Of a stretch of 64,000 nucleotides of DNA, positions 38,127 to 47,509 are shown one piece after another. Source of the stretch: Vicinamibacteria bacterium (GTDB lineage: Bacteria; Acidobacteriota; Vicinamibacteria; Marinacidobacterales; Marinacidobacteraceae). The stretch is taken from NCBI GenBank assembly GCA_965199715.1, contig OZ241322.1, forward strand, positions 1,024,001-1,088,000. The letters are read 5' to 3'. Below the pieces are notes generated by a model, which saw only the letters and a list, made by a program, of their open reading frames with translations, searched no databases and was not told the DNA's origin. Both the position numbers and the translations under genes were made by a program. Position 1 is the stretch's first letter. Every line of letters starts with the position of its first letter.

Positions 38127-38923
38127 GAATCGAGCAGCTTCCGCGCCGCGCGGGCGTGGAGCGCCTCCACGAGCTCGCCGTCCCGTTCGGCGACCGCCTC
38201 GCCCCGAAGGTCGGCGGCCCGCCAGGCGTCGAGCGTCCGGCGGGCGCGTTCCCGTTCCGTGTCCGTCAAGGCGAAGGCCTCGTGGATGACCGGAACCTGC
38301 GCCGGGTGGATCGCCAGCATGCCGTCGAAACCGAGCCCGGCCGCCCGGCGGGCGCTGCGGCGCAGCCCGTCGAGATCGCGGAACGCGAACCACGGCGAGT
38401 CCCAGACGCGGATTCCGGCGGCGCGAGCGGCGAGCAGGAGGCGCTGACGGACGTACGCGAGCGGCTCCTCGCCCGGGTCGCGGACGCCGAGGCCGAGGCG
38501 GTAGTCCGCCGCGCCGAAGGCGATTCCCTCGACGCCCCGCGCGGCGGCGAGCTCGAAGACGCGGGCGGCCCCGAGCGCGGTCTCGATCATCAAGTGGACG
38601 CGGAATCCCTCCGCCTCGACCGATTCCGCCTTGGGGAGCAGCGCCTCCTCGAATCCGGCGGCCCGCGCCGCCTCGAGGTCGGCCCGGCCCTCGGGGCCGG
38701 CGTTCACCCGCACGATGACGCGCGCGTCGCCGAGCAGGGCGCGCGCGTCGCCGAGCCCGGCGCGGGCCTCGGCCTTCCTCGACGGGTGCACGCCGTCCTC
38801 CAGATCGAGCACGAGCGCGTCCGCGCCGCGCCGGGCGGCCTTCCGCACCATCCGGGCGGAGGACGCCGGGACGATGAGCAGCGAGCGAACCTTCGAGGCC
38901 GGGACTTCGTTTTCTTCAGGCAT
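38117..38923 (-). CDS. CitE / malyl-CoA lyase-like CoA ester lyase (HpcH/HpaI family)
   Basis: RSLLIVP, LDLEDGV, VRVN, LPKAE, IET, FGAAD, GF.G..AIHP.Q. Confidence 0.9.
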   Translation of the reverse strand: MPEENEVPASKVRSLLIVPASSARMVRKAARRGADALVLDLEDGVHPSRKAEARAGLGDARALLGDARVIVRVNAGPEGRADLEAARAAGFEEALLPKAESVEAEGFRVHLMIETALGAARVFELAAARGVEGIAFGAADYRLGLGVRDPGEEPLAYVRQRLLLAARAAGIRVWDSPWFAFRDLDGLRRSARRAAGLGFDGMLAIHPAQVPVIHEAFALTDTERERARRTLDAWRAADLRGEAVAERDGELVEALHARAARKLLDSYG

Positions 38924-39464
38924 GCTCCGAATTCTGCGCACTCTCGCCGTCCTGCTGCCGGCCCTCCCGTCGGCGGCGCTCGCCCAGCCCCGGTCGTGGC
39001 TCCACGTGGAAGTGGATCAGCCGGAGGAGGAGCGCAACGTGCGCGTCCGCCTGCCGCTCGGGGTCGTGGAGAGCCTCGCCGATTCGCTCGAGGAGCGGAT
39101 CTTCGACGGGATCTCCGAAGCGCTCGAAAACCGCGACGAAGACGGCGACATGGACCGGTTCCGGACGCTGTGGCGCTCGCTCGGGGCGAATCCCGGCGCC
39201 GTGGTCGAGGTGCGCGAGGGCGACTCCGACGGACTCACCGCCCGCATGGACGGCGGCGAGGTGCGCATCGAGGGCGGCGGCGACGACGGGACGGTGAACG
39301 TCCGCATTCCGGTGGAGGTCGGGGACGCGCTGTTCGCCGCCGACGAACCGGACGCCGAAGCGCTGGCGGACGCGCTGCGGGAGATCGGCGAGAACGACGG
39401 CGAGCTGGCGTCGGTCGAGAGCGACGAGGGCCGCGTGCGCATCTGGATCGGTCCGGCGCAATGA
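38922..39464 (+). CDS. Secreted hypothetical protein with duplicated VRVRLP / V..VRI motif
   Basis: Signal peptide (ALA-Q), acidic composition, internal repeat. Confidence 0.7.
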   Translation: MLRILRTLAVLLPALPSAALAQPRSWLHVEVDQPEEERNVRVRLPLGVVESLADSLEERIFDGISEALENRDEDGDMDRFRTLWRSLGANPGAVVEVREGDSDGLTARMDGGEVRIEGGGDDGTVNVRIPVEVGDALFAADEPDAEALADALREIGENDGELASVESDEGRVRIWIGPAQ

Positions 39465-39988
39465 CGAGGCTCCCGCTGCTGGGCGGCGCCGTCGCGCTCA
39501 CGGCCTCGCTGGCGATGGCGGCCTGCGTCTCGGCGTTGGGGCTCACGTTCGTCACGGTGGCCACGGCGGTCGCGAACGTCTCGCTTCCGGTCCCGCTGGC
39601 CCTGCCCCGGGCCGCGGTCGCGTTTCTGCCCGACGGGTTGCTGGACGCGGCCGAAGAGCGCGAGCTCGGGGCCGCCCTCGCCGCACTGGGCGCCCTGGCC
39701 GACGCGCTGGAGGACGTTCCGGACGGCTTCGCGCTGGTCGAAGTCGAGGAGCCCGGGACTTCCGTCCGGATCGCGAAGGACGGCGACGCGCTCGCGGTCC
39801 GGGTGGACGATCGCGACCAACGGGTCCGGGTCTCCGCCCCGATCGCCGCGCTCGCCGGCGCCGCTGCGGCGTGCGGCCCCGAGCGATGCGACCTGAAGGC
39901 GCTGGCCCGAGCGGTCCTCGGCGAGGCCCAGGGCCTGCGGGTCGAGGTTCGGGACGGCGAGTACGACGTCCGGATCGGCGGGTTCTAG
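39461..39988 (+). CDS. Membrane-anchored hypothetical protein, likely paralogue of the preceding gene
   Basis: ATGA overlap, hydrophobic N-terminus, LVEVEE...VRI and VRVSAP motifs. Confidence 0.65.
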   Translation: MTRLPLLGGAVALTASLAMAACVSALGLTFVTVATAVANVSLPVPLALPRAAVAFLPDGLLDAAEERELGAALAALGALADALEDVPDGFALVEVEEPGTSVRIAKDGDALAVRVDDRDQRVRVSAPIAALAGAAAACGPERCDLKALARAVLGEAQGLRVEVRDGEYDVRIGGF

Positions 39989-42186
39989 AACCGGAAGAGC
40001 CGGGTGAACTTGAGAATGACGCTCTGGTTGTCCTCCGGGTAGCCCGGAAGCAGGGTGTCGCGCACCGAGTTGTACACGAGGAAGAAGTCGCTTCCCGGCT
40101 CGTACTCCCAGCGGAAGCGGACGTTCGCGGAGAGACTGTTCGCCGCGCCGTTGTACTGGAGGAACGCGGCGAGGAAGCTCCTCGGCGACAGCGCGTAGTT
40201 GATCCGGGTCGAGATCAGCCGGGTGTCGTACTCGCCGCCCGGCAGCTCGATCCAGTTGAAGGCGACCGTCGGCTCGAGGGTGAGCCGGGGCCGCGCCTCC
40301 ACCCGGTAGCGGTAGGAAATCTCCCGCCGGCTGCCGTCGAAGAACCCTCCCTGCTGGTAGGCGAAGTTCCCGGAGATGCGCCGTTGCGGGCCGGTCTGGA
40401 GGTTCAGCCTCACGTGGTCGAAGTCGTACGACCCGAACGGCGTGGCGAGGTCGCCGAGCAGGAAGTCCTCCTTGAGCGCCTCGGTGTTGCGCACGAGATG
40501 CACCTGGAGCTGGTCGCCGCTCTCGAACTCCATCTCGTAGCGCCCGTTCAGGATCCGCGTCTCGAGCACGTCTTCGTTGTCGGTCGTGTAGTCGAGGCTC
40601 CCGATCCATCCGACCTTGCGCAGCCATGAGATCGAGCGGGGCCTCGGGCTGAAGCGGGCCTCGGCGTAATTCCGCCGGAACGCCTGCCGGCGCAGGAATC
40701 CCAGGCCGGGATTGAAGTCGTCCCCGACCATGAGCCGCTCCATCCGGAGCCCGTAGCGATCCCCGTTGTAGTCGAGCGAGCCGAGGTAGCTGAAGCCCGG
40801 ATCGTCGTCGAGCTCGTCCCGAGTCCACGCGGCGTACCCCACGACGTCGAGGTTCTCGTACAGGCCGAAGCGGGCGTCGAGCCCCCACGCGGCGTTCCAG
40901 CCGCCGCCGTCGGCGGTGCGCGAGCGCAGGGTTCCCATCGCGCCGACCGTGCTGCGCGACAGGACGTCGCGCTTGATCCGGAACACCGAGAAGTCGGTGA
41001 CCGGCGCGACGCCGGCCTCGTTCTCGCCGGTGCGCATCTGGAGCGCCCCGACGCTGAACCCGCCGATCCGCCCGCTCATCCGGCCCCCGGCGGTGATGGG
41101 CACCTGCTGGCCGCCGGCGAGGCCGATGTTCCGGCTGAAGAAGAGCACCGGAGTGCTGCTCGGCGGCCCGAAGCTGCGCGTCGAGCCGGCCGGCGGGGCG
41201 CGGCCCGCCGGACCGAAGTTGAAGATGCCCCGGCCCTCGAGGAAGAACTCGCGCTTCTCGGGGAAGAACAGGCTGAAGCGGGTCAGGTTGATCTGCTGGG
41301 CGTCGGCCTCGACCTGGGCGAAGTCGGTGTTCCAGGTCAGGTCGGCGGTGAGCCCGCTCGTGAGGCCGATCTTGGCGTCGCCGCCGACGTCGGCGTGGTA
41401 GCCGCGCCCCCGGTCGCCGGCCTCGTCGCGCAGCGCCGCCGTGTCGCCCGTCAGGTACGGCTTGATCTCGAGCCGCCGCGCGCTGGCCGGGGCTTCGAGC
41501 CCGACGAGCGCCCCCGCCGAGCTGATCCTGGTGATCCCGCGGGGGCCGAGCGAGGCCGGAACCCCGTTGAGGTACGAGAACTCGTTCTTCCAGCGCACGA
41601 CCCGCCGGAAGTTGATTCCCCAGACCTGCGGCCCGCTCCTCGGGTAGCGCAGCGTCTTGAACGGGATCCGCATCTCCATCGTCCAGCCGCCTTCGAAGTA
41701 CGCCGAGCGGGAATCCCAGACGCCGGTCCAGTCCCGGTTCACGTCGCGCTCGTCCACGATCTGCCCGTCGAAGAAGCCCCCGATCGGGTTCACGTAGAAG
41801 AAGAACGCGTTCCGCTTGTCGTGGAAGGTGTCGAGGATGACCGCGACGTTCGCGTTGTTGAAGATGCCGAAGTGGTCGCGGCGCATCTCGGTGGCGACGA
41901 TCCGTTCCGGCTGGCTGTCGTGCGCCCGCGCCGCGACGTACACGTTCTCGTCGTCGAAGAAGACCCAGACCTCGGTAGGCTCGGTGGCCGGCTCGCCCTC
42001 GAGCGGGAGCGCCTGGATGAAGCCGCCCGCGCCGGGCACGCGCTCGTACACCGGGTCGTCGAGCCGGCCGTCGAGCTCCAGCGGCTCCTCGATCCGCACG
42101 GCCCGCAGCGTCGCGCCCCCGTCCTCGTCCCGCGTGATCGTCGGCTGCGCCGCGACCGAAAGAGCTAGAGGGAGCGCCGCCAGCAT
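39985..42186 (-). CDS. CBM9-like plus DUF5916 outer-membrane beta-barrel protein
   Basis: LDGRLDD, W..EMRIPFKTLRY, NTDFAQVEAD..INLTRF.LFFPEKR.FFLEG, C-terminal Phe. Confidence 0.88.
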   Translation of the reverse strand: MLAALPLALSVAAQPTITRDEDGGATLRAVRIEEPLELDGRLDDPVYERVPGAGGFIQALPLEGEPATEPTEVWVFFDDENVYVAARAHDSQPERIVATEMRRDHFGIFNNANVAVILDTFHDKRNAFFFYVNPIGGFFDGQIVDERDVNRDWTGVWDSRSAYFEGGWTMEMRIPFKTLRYPRSGPQVWGINFRRVVRWKNEFSYLNGVPASLGPRGITRISSAGALVGLEAPASARRLEIKPYLTGDTAALRDEAGDRGRGYHADVGGDAKIGLTSGLTADLTWNTDFAQVEADAQQINLTRFSLFFPEKREFFLEGRGIFNFGPAGRAPPAGSTRSFGPPSSTPVLFFSRNIGLAGGQQVPITAGGRMSGRIGGFSVGALQMRTGENEAGVAPVTDFSVFRIKRDVLSRSTVGAMGTLRSRTADGGGWNAAWGLDARFGLYENLDVVGYAAWTRDELDDDPGFSYLGSLDYNGDRYGLRMERLMVGDDFNPGLGFLRRQAFRRNYAEARFSPRPRSISWLRKVGWIGSLDYTTDNEDVLETRILNGRYEMEFESGDQLQVHLVRNTEALKEDFLLGDLATPFGSYDFDHVRLNLQTGPQRRISGNFAYQQGGFFDGSRREISYRYRVEARPRLTLEPTVAFNWIELPGGEYDTRLISTRINYALSPRSFLAAFLQYNGAANSLSANVRFRWEYEPGSDFFLVYNSVRDTLLPGYPEDNQSVILKFTRLFRF

Positions 42187-42220
42187 GTCGCCATGGAACC
42201 GGTGGATGTTAGCCGTGGCG

Positions 42221-42292
42221 TGGGCGGTGCAGGATTCGAACCTGCGACCACCTGCGCGTAAAGCAGGCGCTCTGCCACTGAGCCAACCGCCC
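42221..42292 (-). tRNA. tRNA-Val (TAC)
   Basis: GGGCGGT/ACCGCCC acceptor stem, CCTGC-TTTACGC-GCAGG anticodon arm, GGTTCGAATCC. CCA not encoded. Confidence 0.93.
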
Positions 42293-42326
42293 CGACCTTA
42301 GGGTACGGTACGCCCCGAACCGGGCG

Positions 42327-43457
42327 ATGCGCGAAGAAGAGTTTCGGGAGGCCCGGAGCCGGACGCTGCGGTTGATCGAGCCGCTGACGCCCGAGGATCT
42401 GACGGCGCGGTCGCTGCCGGACGCGCCTTCGGCGGCGTGGCGGCTCGGACGCACGACGTGGTTCGTCGAGACGTTCGTCCTGCGGCGGCGCTCCGAGCAT
42501 CCGGGGTTCGCGCGCGAGAGCGATTTCTCGCGGCCGGGAATCACCGAGATTCTCGAGTGCCGGAAGCGCGTGGACGACGCGGTTCGGGACTGCGAACGCC
42601 TTGCGGTCGCGACCCGGGTCGAGGAGCTGCACCAGGAGCTCATGCTGGCGGCGATCAAGCATCTCCTCGCCGGGAATCCGGGACAGCCCGCCTACGAGCG
42701 CGCCCCGGAGCCCGCTTCGGGCGAGGCGCCGCCGCTGCGGTTTCTGGACGCACCCGGCGGAACCCTCGGCTTCGGGCGGAATCGGGACGATCGGGCGCTG
42801 GGTTCGGAGACCCCGCGCTGCGAGCGCGTCGTCCGGCCCTTCCAGATCGGCTCCCGCCTCGTCACCAACGGGGAGTTCCTCGAGTTCGTCGAGGACGGCG
42901 GCTACGGGGACGAGCGGCTGTGGCTCTCCAGCGGATGGGAGGCGCGGCGGCGCGGCGGCTGGGAAGCGCCGCTCCACTGGAGGCGGAGCGACGGATTCCG
43001 CGAGGAGTACACGCTCGGCGGCCGGCGGCCGCTGCTGCCGGCCGCGCCGGTCGCGCACCTGAGTTTCTTCGAAGCCGACGCCTTCGCCCGCTGGCGGGAG
43101 CGCCGGCTTCCTACCGAGTTCGAGTGGGAGTCGGTCGCCCGGGACGCGGACCGCCCCGGGGCGAGCGAGGGCCTCGATCCGACGCCGGCGGAGCCCACGC
43201 CTCCGGGCGCGCCGCCCGCCCAACTCTATGGAGACGCATGGGAATGGACATCCAGCTCGTTCGAGCCGTATCCGGGCTACCGGCGGCTGCCGGCGGCCGA
43301 CGCCGCGACCTTCGGGGACTTCTCGCCCGGCCGGATGGTCGGGCGCGGCGGGTCGCGCCTGACCCCCGGAGCCGGTCTCACCGCTGCGACGCGGCGGGCG
43401 ATCCGCCCCGAGACCCGGTGGCAGGTCACCGGGCTCCGGCTGGCGCGGGACGCATGA
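42327..43457 (+). CDS. EgtB-like (DinB plus FGE-sulfatase fold) protein with degenerate active site
   Basis: TTWFVETFVL, HQELML, VTNGEFLEFVEDGGY, HLSFFEADAFARW, RLPTEFEWE, WEWT, RGGS, GLRLA. Confidence 0.85.
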   Translation: MREEEFREARSRTLRLIEPLTPEDLTARSLPDAPSAAWRLGRTTWFVETFVLRRRSEHPGFARESDFSRPGITEILECRKRVDDAVRDCERLAVATRVEELHQELMLAAIKHLLAGNPGQPAYERAPEPASGEAPPLRFLDAPGGTLGFGRNRDDRALGSETPRCERVVRPFQIGSRLVTNGEFLEFVEDGGYGDERLWLSSGWEARRRGGWEAPLHWRRSDGFREEYTLGGRRPLLPAAPVAHLSFFEADAFARWRERRLPTEFEWESVARDADRPGASEGLDPTPAEPTPPGAPPAQLYGDAWEWTSSSFEPYPGYRRLPAADAATFGDFSPGRMVGRGGSRLTPGAGLTAATRRAIRPETRWQVTGLRLARDA

Positions 43458-45340
43458 GGGCCGTCGTCGCGTTCGCGCTGCTGGCCTCGGGGCCGGCGGC
43501 CGCCCAGGAGTGGCCGTACTGGGGCGCCGACCAGGGATCCACGAAGCACTCGCCGCTCGACCAGGTGAACCGGGAGAACGTGGCCGAGCTGCGGATCGCG
43601 TGGGAGTGGGACACGGGCGAGGGGCCGCTGTCGGGTCCGCGCCTGCCGGTGCCGGACAACCCGGTGCGGCCGGGCAGCTTCGAGAACACCCCCATCGTGC
43701 GCGATGGGGTCATGTACGTGAGCACGTCGTACAACAAGGTCGTCGCGCTCGACCCGGACGCCGGGGAGCCGCTGTGGACCTTCGACCCGCGCATCACCGA
43801 GTGGGGCCAGGTTCCGAACGGCACCGGGTTCGTCCACCGGGGCGTGGGGTTCTGGGAGAGCGGCGACGACCGCCGGGTCTTCATGAACAGCCGGTGGCGG
43901 CTCATCTCGATCGACGCGATCACCGGCGAGCCCGATCCGTCCTTCGGCCAGGGCGGCGAGATCGACCTGACCGCGCAGCTCCTGTGGCCGATCAACCGGC
44001 TTCACTACACCCAGACCTCGCCGCCGGTGGTCTTCGAGGATCTGGTGATCCTCGGCAACGGCGTCTGGGACCGCTTCGTGTACGAGCGCGACCCGCCGGG
44101 CAACGTGCAGGCGTTCCACGCCCGCACCGGCGAGCTCGCGTGGTCGTTCAACCTGATCCCGCAGCCGGGCGAGTTCGGCAACGACACCTGGGAGGACGGG
44201 TCGTGGGACCGGGTGGGGCACACGAACGTCTGGGCGCCGATGTCGCTCGACGCCGAGCGCGGCCTGCTCTACCTGCCGGTGGGCACGCCGAGCAACGACT
44301 ACTACGGCGGTCTCCGGCTCGGAGACAACCTGTTCGCCGAGGCCATCGTGTGCCTCGACGCGCGCACCGGCGAGCGGGTCTGGCACTTCCAGACGGTGCG
44401 GCACGGCCTTTGGGACTACGACCTCCCGGCGGCGCCGACGCTGCTCACGATCCGCGTGGACGGAAGGGAGATCGACGCGGTGGCGGCGCCGGCCAAGACC
44501 GGGTTCGTGTACGTGTTCGACCGGGTCACCGGCGAGCCGGTCTGGCCGATCGAGGATCGGCCGGTTCCCCCGAGCGAGGTGCCCGGCGAGCGCGCCGCGG
44601 CGACCCAGCCGTTCCCGACGCTTCCCGCGCCGTTCGCCCGGCAGGAGTTCACTGAGGACGACGTGATCGCCTTCACCGACGAGATGCGCGAGGAGGCGCT
44701 GGCCATCGTCCGCCAGTACCGCATGGGCGGCCTCTACACGCCGCCGTCGATGGAGGGGACCATCGCGAATCCGGGCATCCTCGGCGGCGCGAACTGGGGC
44801 GGCGCGGCGGCGGATCCCGCGACCGGGTTCCTGTACGTCAAGGCCAACGAGTTCCCGTCGCTGCTCGCGATCACGGAGGCGAACCCGGACCAGATCGAGG
44901 GGCGCTTCTTCCTCGACCGGGATCGGCGCTCGCTGAACCTGCCCAACGGGCTTCCGATCAACCGGCCGCCGTACGGCACGCTCACCGCGATCGACCTGAA
45001 CACCGGGGAGCGCGTCTTTCAGGTTCCGGCGGGCAACAACCCGCTGGTGCGCGACCACGCCGCGCTCGAGGGGATCGATCTCGGAAACGAGCGGCTCGGG
45101 ATCGTGGGCGCGCCGGGGCCGATCGTGACCGGCGGCGGGCTCGTCTTCTTCACCGGCGGCGCGGACCACATCTTCGCGCTGGACAAGGCCACCGGCGAGG
45201 AGCTGTGGGCGCATCCGCTCGGCCGCAGCTCCTACGCGAACCCGATGACCTACCGGGGCCCGTCGGGCCGGCAGTACGTCGTGGTCGCGGTCGGGCGCGG
45301 CGTCGGCAACAAGCTCGTGGCGTTCGCGCTTCCCGAGTAG
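43454..45340 (+). CDS. PQQ-dependent dehydrogenase (quinoprotein glucose DH-like, periplasmic)
   Basis: W..WG.D...SPLDQVN.ENV, WHFQTVRHGLWDYD, K.G..YVFDR.TG.P.WP, GGANWGG, PMTY. Confidence 0.92.
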   Translation: MRAVVAFALLASGPAAAQEWPYWGADQGSTKHSPLDQVNRENVAELRIAWEWDTGEGPLSGPRLPVPDNPVRPGSFENTPIVRDGVMYVSTSYNKVVALDPDAGEPLWTFDPRITEWGQVPNGTGFVHRGVGFWESGDDRRVFMNSRWRLISIDAITGEPDPSFGQGGEIDLTAQLLWPINRLHYTQTSPPVVFEDLVILGNGVWDRFVYERDPPGNVQAFHARTGELAWSFNLIPQPGEFGNDTWEDGSWDRVGHTNVWAPMSLDAERGLLYLPVGTPSNDYYGGLRLGDNLFAEAIVCLDARTGERVWHFQTVRHGLWDYDLPAAPTLLTIRVDGREIDAVAAPAKTGFVYVFDRVTGEPVWPIEDRPVPPSEVPGERAAATQPFPTLPAPFARQEFTEDDVIAFTDEMREEALAIVRQYRMGGLYTPPSMEGTIANPGILGGANWGGAAADPATGFLYVKANEFPSLLAITEANPDQIEGRFFLDRDRRSLNLPNGLPINRPPYGTLTAIDLNTGERVFQVPAGNNPLVRDHAALEGIDLGNERLGIVGAPGPIVTGGGLVFFTGGADHIFALDKATGEELWAHPLGRSSYANPMTYRGPSGRQYVVVAVGRGVGNKLVAFALPE

Positions 45341-45369
45341 GCTTTCCGGTCCGAAGGAGACCCGCCGAC

Positions 45370-45903
45370 ATGCCCCTGCCCCCGCTCTACGATCCCGAGG
45401 CGGTCCGCCCGATGTGGGAGGAACTCGCCGACTGCAAGGTGACCCCGCTCCATGCCCCCGAGGACGTGGACGCCGGGCTCGACCGGCCCGGAACCGCGCT
45501 GCTGGTCGTGAACTCGGTGTGCGGTTGCGCCGCCGGGTCGGCCCGCCCCGGAGTCACCCAGGCGCTCCAGAACGCCCGGATTCCGGACCAACTGTTCACC
45601 GTCTTCGCCGGGGTGGATCGCGAGGCCACCGAGCGGGCGCGGGCGCGGATGACCGGCGTCCCGCCGTCCTCGCCATGCATCGCGCTGTTCAAGGACGGCG
45701 AGGTGATCCACATCCTCGAGCGGCGCCGCATCGAGCGCATGAGCCCGGACATGGTGGCCGGCGAGCTCACCCGCCTGTTCGACGCCGAGTGCACCGCCGC
45801 GGGGCCGTCGGTGCCCCGCGAGGTCTGGGAGCGCTCCGCGCGGGAGCGGATGTGCGGCTCGTCGGCGCCCCGGTTCGGGGCGCCGGTCATGCCCCGCTTC
45901 TGA
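45370..45903 (+). CDS. BrxA/BrxB family bacilliredoxin
   Basis: VVNSVCGCAAG.ARP, TVFAGVD.EAT, PPSSP.IALFKDG. C-terminal extension carries extra Cys. Confidence 0.92.
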   Translation: MPLPPLYDPEAVRPMWEELADCKVTPLHAPEDVDAGLDRPGTALLVVNSVCGCAAGSARPGVTQALQNARIPDQLFTVFAGVDREATERARARMTGVPPSSPCIALFKDGEVIHILERRRIERMSPDMVAGELTRLFDAECTAAGPSVPREVWERSARERMCGSSAPRFGAPVMPRF

Positions 45904-46496
45904 CCGGCCGCTTCCTCACCGTCGAGGGAATTTCCGGGGCGGGCAAGTCCACCCAGGCGCGGCGGCTCGCCCGCTGGTTCGAGGCGCAGGGCCTGGAGGT
46001 GGTCATGACCCGGGATCCGGGCGGCACGCCGGTCGGCGAGGCCATCCGCCGGTTGCTGCTGGAGTCCACCGCGCCGGTCGCGCCCGAGGCGGAAGTCGCG
46101 CTCTTCTTCGCGGACCGCGCCCAGAACCTCGCCGAAGTGATCCGCCCGGCGCTGCGGCGCGGCGCGGTGGTCATCGGCGACCGGTTCACCGACTCCACGA
46201 TCGCGTACCAGGGCTACGGGCGCGGGGTTCCCCTCCCGCGCCTCCTCCGGATCGACGAGGCGGTCACCGGCGGGTTTCGGCCGGACCGGACGGTGCTGCT
46301 GGACCTGCCGGCGGCGACGGGGTGCGCGCGACTCGCCGAGGCCGACCGGATCGAGCGGGAGGCGGTGCGGTTCCACGAACGGGTGCGCGAGGGGTTCCTG
46401 GACCTCGCCCGGGAGGCGCCGGAGCGCATCGTCCGCATCGACGCCACGGGCGAGCCTGGCGCGGTGTGGGAGCGAGTCCGGGGGGCGGTCGCATGA
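45900..46496 (+). CDS. tmk: Thymidylate kinase
   Basis: EGISGAGKSTQ, DRAQ, DRFTDSTIAYQG. Apparent CTG start in a CTGA overlap. Confidence 0.93.
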   Translation: MTGRFLTVEGISGAGKSTQARRLARWFEAQGLEVVMTRDPGGTPVGEAIRRLLLESTAPVAPEAEVALFFADRAQNLAEVIRPALRRGAVVIGDRFTDSTIAYQGYGRGVPLPRLLRIDEAVTGGFRPDRTVLLDLPAATGCARLAEADRIEREAVRFHERVREGFLDLAREAPERIVRIDATGEPGAVWERVRGAVA

Positions 46497-47509
46497 GCGA
46501 CCGGGGACCCCTTCCGCGGCTCGCCCGGCTGGCCGCCCGGGACGCGCTGCCGCCGAGCCTCATGTTCGTGGGGCCGCCCGGCGCGCCGATGCTGGCGGCC
46601 GCGATCCGGCTGGCGGCGGTCGTCAACTCCGAGGAGCCGGAAGCCGCGCAGACGTTGGAGGAGCGCATCCGGGCGGGGATGGCCCCCCCGACGGAAGGCG
46701 GACCCATGCCCTACCCCGACGTCCGCGTGGTGCGGGCCGACGGAAGGCAGATCCGGGTGGACCAGATCCGCGAGGCGATCGCCGGCGCCCGGATGCGTCC
46801 CTTCGAGGGCCGCCGCCGCTTCCTCATCCTCGCCGGAGCCGACTCGATGCACCCGTCGGCCGCGAACGCGCTTCTGAAGACGCTCGAGGAGCCGAACCCG
46901 TGGCTCGGGCTCATCCTCACCGCCCACCAGCCGGCCGCGCTTCTCCCGACGATCGCTTCCCGGTGCCAGCGCTGGCGCTTCCCGCCGCTGACCGCCGCCG
47001 AGGTCGCGTCGCGGCTGCGCGAGGAGCACGAATTCCCCGAGGATCTGGCGTGGATCGCGACAGCGGCCGCGCGGGCGAATCCGGACGCGGCGCGCGAGCT
47101 GCCGCAGGAGCGGTTGGCGGCGCTCCAGAAGGAGGCGGAAGGACTCGCGAGCGTGGTGGGGAAGGGCGTCCCGCCGGCGAAGCGCGCCGCGCTCACCGAC
47201 CGGTTCGCCAAGCCGTCCGAAGCCGTCGCGCTCGGCCGCGTCCTGACGCTTCTGGGCGCGGTGCTGCGCGACCTCGCGGCGCTCGCTTCGGGCGCTCCGG
47301 CGGAGTCGTTCCCGCGCCGCAAGGAGCTCGTGCCGCTCGCCGCGCTGGCCCCGCCGGGCGCGTGGGCCGAGGCCGCGCTCCACGCCGGCGAGGCGCGGGA
47401 CCGCATCGACCGCTTCAACGGAAACCGCAGGATGCAGCTCGAGCGGCTGCTCCTGCTCTTCAACGACATCGCCCGTCCGCTGGTGATCGCCCGAAGGAGA
47501 AAGTCATGA
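46493..47509 (+). CDS. holB: DNA polymerase III delta' subunit
   Basis: YPDV, I.VDQIRE, AANALLKTLEEP, LLPTI.SRC; follows tmk. Confidence 0.9.
   Translation: MSDRGPLPRLARLAARDALPPSLMFVGPPGAPMLAAAIRLAAVVNSEEPEAAQTLEERIRAGMAPPTEGGPMPYPDVRVVRADGRQIRVDQIREAIAGARMRPFEGRRRFLILAGADSMHPSAANALLKTLEEPNPWLGLILTAHQPAALLPTIASRCQRWRFPPLTAAEVASRLREEHEFPEDLAWIATAAARANPDAARELPQERLAALQKEAEGLASVVGKGVPPAKRAALTDRFAKPSEAVALGRVLTLLGAVLRDLAALASGAPAESFPRRKELVPLAALAPPGAWAEAALHAGEARDRIDRFNGNRRMQLERLLLLFNDIARPLVIARRRKS

Noticed and set aside
42221-42292. tRNA-Val with G37 as a possible recoding tRNA
   Set aside because: The cloverleaf, TAC anticodon and A73 are normal; a single loop variant is not enough evidence.
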